Source: Dethiobacter sp.
GTDB lineage: Bacteria > Bacillota > Dethiobacteria > Dethiobacterales > Dethiobacteraceae
NCBI GenBank assembly: GCA_020725465.1
Contig: DYEY01000031.1
Span: 21,813-85,812, forward strand
Reading direction: 5' to 3'
DNA length: 64,000 nt
Shown here: piece after piece, positions 55,695-64,000 of the stretch
How the letters are laid out: every line of letters starts with the position of its first letter
Numbering within the stretch: position 1 is the stretch's first letter
Translations under genes and position numbers: made by a program
The notes under the pieces: generated by a model
Database searches by the model: none
The model's input: the letters and a program-made list of their open reading frames with translations, nothing else
Told to the model about the DNA's origin: nothing

Positions 55695-55982
55695 ATGAAG
55701 ATTCAACCCCTGGCTGACCGTGTAGTGATTAAGGTGTTGGAGGCCGAAGAGAAAACGGCCAGCGGCATCGTACTCCCCGACAAAGCCAAGGAAAAGCCCC
55801 AGGAAGGTGAGGTAGTGGCTGTAGGCACCGGCAAGCTGCTGGATACCGGTGTCCGGGTGGAAATGGACCTGAAAGCCGGCGACCGCGTCCTCTTCTCCAA
55901 ATATGCCGGTACTGAAGTAAAAATTGACGGCCAGGAATACCTGATCATGCGCCAGGATGACATCCTGGGCAAACTGGTCTGA
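55695..55982 (+). CDS. groES: co-chaperonin GroES
   Basis: [29 protein letters not shown]. Confidence 0.95.
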   Translation: MKIQPLADRVVIKVLEAEEKTASGIVLPDKAKEKPQEGEVVAVGTGKLLDTGVRVEMDLKAGDRVLFSKYAGTEVKIDGQEYLIMRQDDILGKLV

Positions 55983-56019
55983 TTATACCACAAAAAATAA
56001 TAAGGGAGGTTTTGAATAA

Positions 56020-57636
<1,617 letters not shown>

Positions 57637-57648
57637 ATCAAAACACCC

Positions 57649-57702
57649 GTGTCAAGGGGACGGGGGAGGTGGCACGTCACGTGTCATCTCCCCCGTCCCT
57701 TG
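57649..57702. repeat. two inverted copies of the 27-nt GTGTCA-C-rich-TGACAC element forming the groEL terminator hairpin
   Basis: gtgtcaaggggacgggggaggtggcac at 57649-57675 faces gtgtcatctcccccgtcccttg at 57681-57702. The arms caaggggacgggggag and ctcccccgtcccttg are complementary. Confidence 0.7.
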
Positions 57703-57770
57703 TTAGTGGCCGTTTCTTGTCAATTATACCCGCAGCATGTATAATCCAGGTAGAGGGCAGGTGGAAACAT

Positions 57771-58211
57771 ATGGAGACGGGTTTAACCATGGCTGAAATT
57801 ATCAAAAAATCTGCGGAAATACTAAAAGAGGAACCGCGGATCTTTTTTGCCTATCTGTTTGGTTCATATGCCGTCGGTAAGGCCAACCGGCACAGTGATG
57901 CCGATATTGCTGTTTATTTCAACCCGGAACTGGATAAAATGGAGCGCTTTAACCTGCGCCTTAAAATCTCCGATTTACTATCGGATGCCCTGGGTATAGA
58001 AGTGGATATCGTAGATGTGGCAACAGCACCGGTTTCACTGCAGCACCGGGTTCTGAGGCAGAAACAGCTTATTATGGAAAGAGAGCCAAAACAGAGAGTT
58101 AGTTTTGAAGTGGCCTCCCGCCGGGAGTATTTTGACCTGCAAAGACACCTGGAAAGGCGGACGGATGTTCTCATAAACGGAGTGGGCGAGGGGGCTGCTC
58201 ACTATGGTTGA
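57771..58211 (+). CDS. mntA: MntA-type minimal nucleotidyltransferase (type VII antitoxin)
   Basis: The NTase motif is LFGSYAVGKANRHSDADIAVY. An alternative start is the ATG at 57789. Confidence 0.75.
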   Translation: METGLTMAEIIKKSAEILKEEPRIFFAYLFGSYAVGKANRHSDADIAVYFNPELDKMERFNLRLKISDLLSDALGIEVDIVDVATAPVSLQHRVLRQKQLIMEREPKQRVSFEVASRREYFDLQRHLERRTDVLINGVGEGAAHYG

Positions 58212-58620
58212 TAAAGAGATACTGAAAAGCAGGCTGTCACTTTTGGCTGAATACATAACTGACCTGGAAGAAGCCCAGGAAATCCCGGTAGAAGAGTATT
58301 TACGCGATAAAGTAAAGCGACGCTTTATAGAAAGGACCCTGCAACTGGCAATTGAAGCCTGTCTGGATATCGGCAGCCACCTTATTTCCGATTTAAAGCT
58401 AAGAGAACCGGAAAAAAACCGGGATATATTTATCATTCTGGCGGAAAACGGGATACTGACAGATAAGGCAACAGAGAACTTTACCGGTCTGGCCGGGTTT
58501 CGTAACGTAATTGTCCATGACTACGCACGGCTTGATTCGGAAATCGTTTACCGGGTATTGCGCCGCGGTATCCCTGATCTTAAATATTTTGTAAAAACAG
58601 TCTCAGAAAAATTTTTGTAA
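58204..58620 (+). CDS. hepT: HepT (DUF86) HEPN-domain toxin
   Basis: The Rx4H HEPN motif is present as FRNVIVHDY. There is an 8-nt overlap with mntA. Confidence 0.75.
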   Translation: MVDKEILKSRLSLLAEYITDLEEAQEIPVEEYLRDKVKRRFIERTLQLAIEACLDIGSHLISDLKLREPEKNRDIFIILAENGILTDKATENFTGLAGFRNVIVHDYARLDSEIVYRVLRRGIPDLKYFVKTVSEKFL

Positions 58621-58637
58621 AAGGCGGGGGGAGAAGC

Positions 58638-59255
58638 ATGAAAGCCGACCTGAGGAAAGAGCTAAAAAATCTCTACAACGCCCCTGTAAAGGAACCGGTA
58701 ATCCTGCAGGTGCCCGTCATGAACTTCCTGATGGCGGACGGAGAGGGCAACCCAAATACCTCTCCCAGGTTTCAGGAGCTGACGGAAACCCTCTTTAGCG
58801 TATCGTACACCCTGAAGTTTATGGTTAAAAAAGGAGAGCAGGAGCCGGACTATGCCGTTATGCCGCTGGAGGGGTTGTGGTGGACCGATGACTGGTCGGC
58901 ATTCTCCCTGGATAAAAAAGACCTTTGGCAGTGGACCATCATGATAATGCAGCCTCATTTTATTTCCCAGGAAATGGTTGATGCCGCCATCAGCCAGGTC
59001 AAAAAAAAGAAAGGGTTGCCCGGCCTGGATTCGCTCAGGTTATCATCTTATGACGAAGGGCTGTCCGCGCAGGTTATGCATGTGGGCCCATATGCGGAAG
59101 AGGGCCCCACCGTGGCTGGTCTCCACAGGTTTATCATGGACAGCGGTTACACACCTGCCGGCAAACATCACGAGATTTACCTGAGTAATCCGCGCCTTAT
59201 GGCGCCGGAAAAACTGAAAACAATAATAAGGCAGCCTGTAAAGAAGGCGGAGTAA
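58638..59255 (+). CDS. GyrI-like small-molecule-binding domain protein
   Basis: LKNLYNAPVKEPVILQVPVMNFLMADGEGNPN...PLEGLWW...QVMHVGPY follows the GyrI-like pattern. Confidence 0.65.
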   Translation: MKADLRKELKNLYNAPVKEPVILQVPVMNFLMADGEGNPNTSPRFQELTETLFSVSYTLKFMVKKGEQEPDYAVMPLEGLWWTDDWSAFSLDKKDLWQWTIMIMQPHFISQEMVDAAISQVKKKKGLPGLDSLRLSSYDEGLSAQVMHVGPYAEEGPTVAGLHRFIMDSGYTPAGKHHEIYLSNPRLMAPEKLKTIIRQPVKKAE

Positions 59256-59446
59256 ATTCCAGATACCTGATAAGACTGATTAATAATTCATTCCATCGAC
59301 AGTACACTGAGGGAGATTTCCCGCAAACTGGACAGGTTAAAGAGTCGCAGTAAGAACAAGAAAGATAACGCTCTTGAATCAACCGGGTACATACGTATAT
59401 AATCAAATAGAAAAAACAGCCTTTATTAATTACAGGGAGCTGGAGC

Positions 59447-60334
59447 ATGAGGGGACTGCTTAATGCCAAAGAAATGAGCAGGCCCAAAGCACTGGGCCTG
59501 CTTTTAGCTGCCGCCATATTGTGGAGCCTGGGAGGACTACTGATTAAGCTGGTACCCTGGCCGCCGGTGGCCATCGCGGGGGGCCGCAGCGCCATCGCTG
59601 CACTGCTTTTTTATGCCGTCAGGGGAAAAAAGCAAACCAAGTGGTCGTGGTTACTGGCAGGGGGTGCTGTGGCTTACGCTGGCACTGTTATCACTTTTGT
59701 GGTGGCTACCAAGATGACTACAGCTGCCAACGCCATTCTGCTTCAGTATACCGCTCCCATTTACGTGGCGGTACTGGGCGCCTGGCTTTTAAAAGAGCGG
59801 ACCAAAAGAGCAGACTGGTTTGTGGTAATAATTGTGGTGGCCGGTATGGCCCTCTTTTTCCTGGATGACCTGAGCCCCGGCGACATGCTGGGCAATCTCT
59901 TTGCCATCCTCAGTGGTATATGTTTTGCTACCCTGGTCATACTCCTGCGCCTGCAGAAAGAAGGCTCTCCTTTGGAGTCTGTTCTCTACGGTAATGTGCT
60001 TACCTTTATTGTCGGTCTCCCCTTCATGTTTGGCACGTCTCCCGGTATGACGGGGCTTGCCGGCCTTACATTCCTTGGTTTGTTCCAGCTTGGCCTGTCC
60101 TATCTTTTCTACGTGGCGGCTATCAGGCACGTTACCGCCCTGGAGGCTATTTTGGTGCCGGTGGTGGAACCCATTCTCAATCCTGTCTGGGTGCTGCTGG
60201 TAATCGGAGAGGTGCCCGGTTTTTATGCCATTATCGGCGGCATAGTTGTTATTGTTACCATAACCTGGCGCTGTATTGCTTCGGCCAGGGCCGGGCCGGC
60301 AACCTGCCCGCAGGTTGAGGCAGGTTCTCCGTAA
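59447..60334 (+). CDS. DMT superfamily (EamA-like) transporter
   Basis: About 10 TM helices and duplicated EamA-type halves (ILWSLGGLLIK..., LFQLGLSYLFY...). Confidence 0.75.
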   Translation: MRGLLNAKEMSRPKALGLLLAAAILWSLGGLLIKLVPWPPVAIAGGRSAIAALLFYAVRGKKQTKWSWLLAGGAVAYAGTVITFVVATKMTTAANAILLQYTAPIYVAVLGAWLLKERTKRADWFVVIIVVAGMALFFLDDLSPGDMLGNLFAILSGICFATLVILLRLQKEGSPLESVLYGNVLTFIVGLPFMFGTSPGMTGLAGLTFLGLFQLGLSYLFYVAAIRHVTALEAILVPVVEPILNPVWVLLVIGEVPGFYAIIGGIVVIVTITWRCIASARAGPATCPQVEAGSP

Positions 60335-60374
60335 AAGCAGGAGGGACACAGTGTGAACTTTTTGCAGGTAAATA

Positions 60375-60401
60375 GTGTCACCTCCCCCGTCCCCCTGACA
60401 C
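60375..60401 (+). repeat. 27-nt hairpin repeat GTGTCACCTCCCCCGTCCCCCTGACAC, copy C
   Basis: Identical to 60471-60497. The stem is GTGTCA/TGACAC with a 15-nt C-rich loop. Confidence 0.85.
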
Positions 60402-60470
60402 ATTCCTTTTGCAAATTTTCCCCCAAAATCGGAAGGCTATTATTGCCTGCGCCTGAACCCCCTTCCCTGG

Positions 60471-60497
60471 GTGTCACCTCCCCCGTCCCCCTGACAC
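60471..60497 (+). repeat. 27-nt hairpin repeat, copy D
   Basis: A perfect direct repeat of 60375-60401, 96 nt start to start. Confidence 0.85.
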
Positions 60498-60588
60498 TTC
60501 ACTCTGAAATTTTTTGTCGATGGCGCAGGAAATATCAGGGCTGAAAACGAACTTTACCTGCGGGAGGTGGAGGAATTTGGAGCAGGAA

Positions 60589-62112
60589 ATGGTGTTGGTG
60601 CTGGATTTTGGCGGGCAGTATACGCAGTTGATAGCCCGCCGGGTCCGGGAACTGAATGTTTATTGTGAAATATTGCCATACAGTACGCCGCTGGAGCGTG
60701 TTTTGGCGCTGAAACCAAGGGCGTTGATTTTTTCTGGCGGTGCCGCCAGTGTTTACGGCGACGGGGTGCCGGCGGTGGATCAGGCGGTTTATGAACTGGG
60801 CATTCCAATTCTTGGTATCTGCTACGGTATGCAGCTGATGGCCAAAGACCTGGGCGGTGAAACCAAGCCGGCGGTGCGCCGGGAGTACGGAAAGACCGAG
60901 CTTGCCATCCGGGAGCAGGATGGGTTGTTTGCGGGTATGGAGCGGGATATGACGGTCTGGATGAGCCACGGTGATTTTGTGGTGTCACCGCCGCCCGGCT
61001 TTAAGGTTACTGCTGTCACCGCCAATACGCCGGTGGCAGCCATGGCGGATGAAGATAGAAAACTGTATGCGGTACAGTTCCACCCTGAGGTTATTCATAC
61101 ACCACGGGGCACTGATATGCTGAAGAATTTCCTTTTTGGCATCTCTGGCCTGCGGGGCGACTGGAATATGGGGTCTTTTATCGAAGCGACGGTACGGGAA
61201 ATACGGGAGAGGGTAGGACCTGATGAACAGGTGGTCTGCGGTCTCTCCGGTGGGGTAGACTCCTCGGTCTCGGCCACCCTGGTACACCGTGCGATAGGGG
61301 ACCGTTTGGTCTGTATTTTTGTGGACCATGGGCTGCTGCGCAAAGGAGAAGCGGAGCAGGTCATGGAGACCTTTACCGGAAAATTCGGCATGAAAGTGAT
61401 AAAAGTGGACGCTTCTGCCGAGTTTCTTAGCGAACTGAAAGGCGTTACCGACCCGGAGCGCAAACGGAAAATCATCGGTGAGAAATTCATCCGGGTTTTT
61501 GAACGGGAGGCGTCGAAGCTGGGGCGGGTAGACTACCTGGTCCAGGGGACGCTCTACACCGATGTGATTGAGAGCGGTACCGCCACGGCGGCGGTGATCA
61601 AGTCGCACCATAACGTGGGCGGCCTGCCTGAGGATATGAAGTTCAGGCTTATTGAGCCGCTGAACCACCTGTTTAAAGACGAGGTCCGGAGGGTGGGCGA
61701 GGAGCTGGGATTGCCGAAGGAGATTGTCTGGCGCCACCCCTTCCCGGGACCGGGTCTGGCCATCAGGGTCCTGGGCGAGGTTACCGAAGAGAAGCTGGCC
61801 ATCCTGCGTGAAGCCGACGCCATCGTGGTGGAGGAAATCAAGCGCGCGGGCCTTTACCGCGAAATCTGGCAGGCTTTTGCCGTACTGCCCGACCTCCGCT
61901 CCGTGGGAGTTATGGGTGACCAGCGCACTTACGCTTACACGGTGGTGCTGCGGGCGGTGACCAGCCAGGATGGCATGACGGCGGACTGGTACCGCTTCCC
62001 CTATGATGCCCTGGCCCGTATCTCCAGCCGGGTCGTAAACGAGGTGCCGCATGTCAACCGTTTTGTTTACGACGTGACCAGCAAGCCACCGTCCACCATC
62101 GAGTGGGAGTGA
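60589..62112 (+). CDS. guaA: GMP synthase (glutamine-hydrolysing)
   Basis: [21 protein letters not shown], the GICYGMQL catalytic Cys, the [10 protein letters not shown]-loop and the C-terminal PPSTIEWE. The start is either the ATG at 60589 or the TTG at 60577. Confidence 0.92.
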   Translation: MVLVLDFGGQYTQLIARRVRELNVYCEILPYSTPLERVLALKPRALIFSGGAASVYGDGVPAVDQAVYELGIPILGICYGMQLMAKDLGGETKPAVRREYGKTELAIREQDGLFAGMERDMTVWMSHGDFVVSPPPGFKVTAVTANTPVAAMADEDRKLYAVQFHPEVIHTPRGTDMLKNFLFGISGLRGDWNMGSFIEATVREIRERVGPDEQVVCGLSGGVDSSVSATLVHRAIGDRLVCIFVDHGLLRKGEAEQVMETFTGKFGMKVIKVDASAEFLSELKGVTDPERKRKIIGEKFIRVFEREASKLGRVDYLVQGTLYTDVIESGTATAAVIKSHHNVGGLPEDMKFRLIEPLNHLFKDEVRRVGEELGLPKEIVWRHPFPGPGLAIRVLGEVTEEKLAILREADAIVVEEIKRAGLYREIWQAFAVLPDLRSVGVMGDQRTYAYTVVLRAVTSQDGMTADWYRFPYDALARISSRVVNEVPHVNRFVYDVTSKPPSTIEWE

Positions 62113-62119
62113 CAACATA

Positions 62120-62165
62120 AAGACCGGAAACCAGCTTAAATACTGGATTTCCGGTCTTGTTTTTT
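62120..62165 (+). terminator. rho-independent terminator of guaA
   Basis: Hairpin aagaccggaaa-N17-tttccggtctt followed by gTTTTTT. Confidence 0.8.
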
Positions 62166-62168
62166 ATC

Positions 62169-62190
62169 AAAGCGTACCGAAAGCGTACCG
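62169..62190. repeat. 11-bp perfect tandem direct repeat aaagcgtaccg x2
   Basis: Located between the guaA terminator and the integrase stop codon. Confidence 0.8.
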
Positions 62191-62193
62191 TTT

Positions 62194-63336
62194 TCAATTT
62201 TTATGCTCCTTTACCACCTTTTCGAGCTCCGAAACGACAGAATCGGGAGCTTCGTTTTTTACCTCGCCCTGCCGGTTCAAATCGGCGGCAATCGCCTCCA
62301 TTTTGTTTGGATACAGATGGGAATAGGTGGACATGGCGACCTCCACCGTGTCACCCAGACGCTCTGCCACGGCAACAATGCTATAACCAAGCTCGACCAG
62401 CAGGGCAGCGTGTGAGTGCCGGAGGTCGTGGACACGGATACGCTTCACGCCAGCCGCTTTAGCAGCTTCAGTGAGCGCGCGCCCAAGGGTGCCTTTTTGG
62501 AAGTAGAAAATCCGGTCGTGCTCCTGAATATCGTACAGAGCGCCGATATACCGGAGAACTTCATCATAGAGGAAATCCGGCATTGATGTATCCCGGTAGC
62601 TGTTGTCAGTTTTGGGTGGCCCGTTTTTGTCCTTCCCTTTCCGCCGGTGGTGCGTTTTTTCTATGCGGGCAACCTTCGACGGAAGAATATCGGCAGGCTG
62701 CAGGGCGAGACATTCACCCTCCCGGAGACCGAGCCAGTACATGATCTGAAAGGCGACCCGAAAGCTCCAGTTTGATACCTGCGCCATTGCCAGATTGAAC
62801 TCATCCAGCGTCCAGAACTTCATCTTCCCTGCCTTTTTCTTTCCCATATAACCAGCAGGACGGCACGGATTGGCTTTCAAGTTATAGAACATAACCGCAT
62901 AATTGAAGATAGCCGAGAGGCGGCTGTTAATGGTACGGATATACGTCTCGGCGTACTTTTTTCCGGTGCGGGGATTGACAGCGGACATGACCTCGTTCTG
63001 CCAGGTGCGGATTGTCACTGCGTCAATTTCGTTGACCTGAAGCTCACCGAAGTACGGAAGCAGCCATTTGTCGATTATGCTGTCCTGCGTCTCCTGTGTC
63101 CCCTCACGAACACGATGCTCCGCGTCGGCCCGGTAGAGCTCGACCAGGGATGCGAAAGACATATCACAGCTGCGGCTATTTTTGAGAAGGAATTCACGCT
63201 CAAATGCCTGCGCATCCCCTTTTTTGTCGAAGCCCTCTTTTTTCTTTTTCCGTTTCTTACCCGTCCAGTCAGTATACCAGAAGGCCGCATACCATTTTGT
63301 GGCGCCACTTTTTGTTTTATATTTATACGCAGGCAA
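62194..63336 (-). CDS. int: tyrosine-type site-specific integrase (phage/ICE family, Arm-binding N-domain)
   Basis: N-terminus YKYKTKSGATKWYAAFWYTDWTGKKRKKKKEGF and catalytic residues in LGLREGECLAL, RVHDLRHSHAALL and STYSHLY. The likely start is the TTG at 63336, 7 nt after AAGGGAGG; the ORF-track ATG is at 63354. Confidence 0.85.
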   Translation of the reverse strand: MPAYKYKTKSGATKWYAAFWYTDWTGKKRKKKKEGFDKKGDAQAFEREFLLKNSRSCDMSFASLVELYRADAEHRVREGTQETQDSIIDKWLLPYFGELQVNEIDAVTIRTWQNEVMSAVNPRTGKKYAETYIRTINSRLSAIFNYAVMFYNLKANPCRPAGYMGKKKAGKMKFWTLDEFNLAMAQVSNWSFRVAFQIMYWLGLREGECLALQPADILPSKVARIEKTHHRRKGKDKNGPPKTDNSYRDTSMPDFLYDEVLRYIGALYDIQEHDRIFYFQKGTLGRALTEAAKAAGVKRIRVHDLRHSHAALLVELGYSIVAVAERLGDTVEVAMSTYSHLYPNKMEAIAADLNRQGEVKNEAPDSVVSELEKVVKEHKN

Positions 63337-63356
63337 AAACACACCTCCCTTCATAA

Positions 63357-63383
63357 AAGCCCCGACCAGATAATGGCGGGGCT
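63357..63383 (-). terminator. hairpin terminator upstream of int
   Basis: Hairpin agccccg-N13-cggggct, followed on the - strand by TTTTAT. Confidence 0.55.
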
Positions 63384-63408
63384 AGTTTTTACATGCTTTG
63401 AAACTTGC

Positions 63409-64000
63409 TCATTTGCTGATTACCCCGACCTTACCGCCGATGACGATAGACTCGCCGTTGGCGTCAACAAGGCGCGAACCGTCCGCAGCTTTTGGAATAA
63501 AAGAGAACTCGTAATTACCTGCTTTGTTAGGATAAAGAATAATATTGAGAGCACGCTGCTCGTTCGAAGGCACCTCTAATGAGCTATTAAAATTCCATCC
63601 TAATATCCCTTTTTCATAAGAAGCGGAAGGCATGACGTTCGCGATGGTGAAATCCCCCCATTTACCATCACCATAAACAGAAAAACCTTTAAGCGTCTCC
63701 TTGGATAGATTTTTTACTATCAGAGTAAAAACAAGCTTGTCGCCAACAGAGAGCAGGGTAGGTTCTATTTTTCCTGAAAAGTCAACTTGTATTTCTTTTT
63801 TCTCGGATTGAACCTGCTCGCTCGCAGGAGGATCGCTTGCTTTTGGCGCTGGCTCCGGTGTTTCAGAAGGAGTGGGCGTAGGCTGTGGAGTTTCGGTAGG
63901 CCTTGAAGAAGCAGGCTCGCTGGCCTCCGGCTCTGGCTTGGAACTTTCAGCCATAGCCGCTATAGGCTCCTTTTTATCAGCCGGCGATTCAGGGCGGGGT
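63409..64000 (-). CDS. island protein, partial: Pro/Glu/Thr/Ser-rich linker plus C-terminal beta-rich domain; N-terminus outside window
   Basis: The frame stays open to the window edge (…PRPESPADKKEPIAAMAESSKPEPE…). The C-terminal segment is VFTLIVKNLSKETLKGFSVYGDGKWGDFT…. Confidence 0.45.
   Translation of the reverse strand, partial: PRPESPADKKEPIAAMAESSKPEPEASEPASSRPTETPQPTPTPSETPEPAPKASDPPASEQVQSEKKEIQVDFSGKIEPTLLSVGDKLVFTLIVKNLSKETLKGFSVYGDGKWGDFTIANVMPSASYEKGILGWNFNSSLEVPSNEQRALNIILYPNKAGNYEFSFIPKAADGSRLVDANGESIVIGGKVGVISK

Larger units (their letters stand above)
62166..64000. mobile_element. left end of an integrated element / genomic island at the guaA 3' end (continues beyond window)
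   Basis: A tyrosine integrase gene sits directly downstream of guaA and is transcribed toward it. It is followed by non-core genes on the - strand. Confidence 0.55.

Noticed and set aside
60375-60497. Two 27-nt direct repeats as a mini CRISPR array.
   Set aside because: There are only two units and the spacer is 69 nt. No cas genes are present, and the same element also occurs in inverted orientation at the groEL terminator. It behaves like a REP-type hairpin repeat.
60353-60544. The ORF with duplicated VTSPVPLT in the guaA leader, and the + strand ORF 49359..49646 with VKRSSTL repeats.
   Set aside because: Both are translation artefacts of DNA repeats. The first has no RBS or start context. 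The second is antisense to the coiled-coil gene, which has a strong RBS and a sensible heptad sequence.
60335-60588. A purine or guanine riboswitch upstream of guaA.
   Set aside because: No three-way-junction purine aptamer signature (for example the conserved U-rich/TATA…CCGTAAAT-type core) is visible.

Overview
This is a 64-kb chromosomal segment from a moderately GC-rich Gram-positive anaerobe, densely coded and mostly on the + strand. The gene content includes a selenocysteine formate dehydrogenase with NuoE/NuoF-like partners, a methylmalonyl-CoA pathway cluster next to a sigma-54 activator, CIRCE-groESL and a T-box leader. That combination resembles Desulfotomaculum/Pelotomaculum-type Peptococcaceae, but this is inference only because no search could be run. 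Gene order: M16 peptidase (partial), cysK, proS, DUF362 Fe-S protein, 5-formyl-THF cyclo-ligase, nuoE-like/nuoF-like/fdhA(Sec), a RayT/REP element, fdhD, threonine aldolase, a P-loop/Asp23 fusion gene, sigma-54 activator, AEC transporter, CoA transferase, sucCD, methylmalonyl-CoA mutase, epimerase and carboxyltransferase, HAD hydrolase, acyl-CoA synthetase, a gatCAB paralog, MBL hydrolase, lipoprotein serpin, T-box-controlled argCJBDFGH, a lactate cluster (GlcD-like oxidase, larA, lctP, GntR/LldR), a heptad-repeat coiled-coil gene, ubiB, moeA/moeA-PBP/mog, groESL, mntA-hepT, GyrI-like protein, EamA transporter and guaA. An integrase-bounded island starts at the guaA 3' end. Points most worth follow-up: (1) a GatA-like subunit that has lost all three amidase catalytic-triad residues while GatC and GatB look intact; (2) a recurrent AGGAAT-N-GAAT (sigma-H-like) promoter motif in front of the catabolic operons; (3) an intact REP-associated Y1 transposase flanked by 26-bp perfect inverted repeats, splitting fdhA from fdhD; (4) a 27-nt C-rich-loop hairpin repeat family in the guaA leader and groEL terminator; (5) LldR-type operators tying together the lactate genes; (6) an Arg-specific T-box on the whole arg operon. 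I did not recognise a clear-cut novel multi-gene defence or other system. All calls rest on reading the translated ORFs and the DNA by eye.
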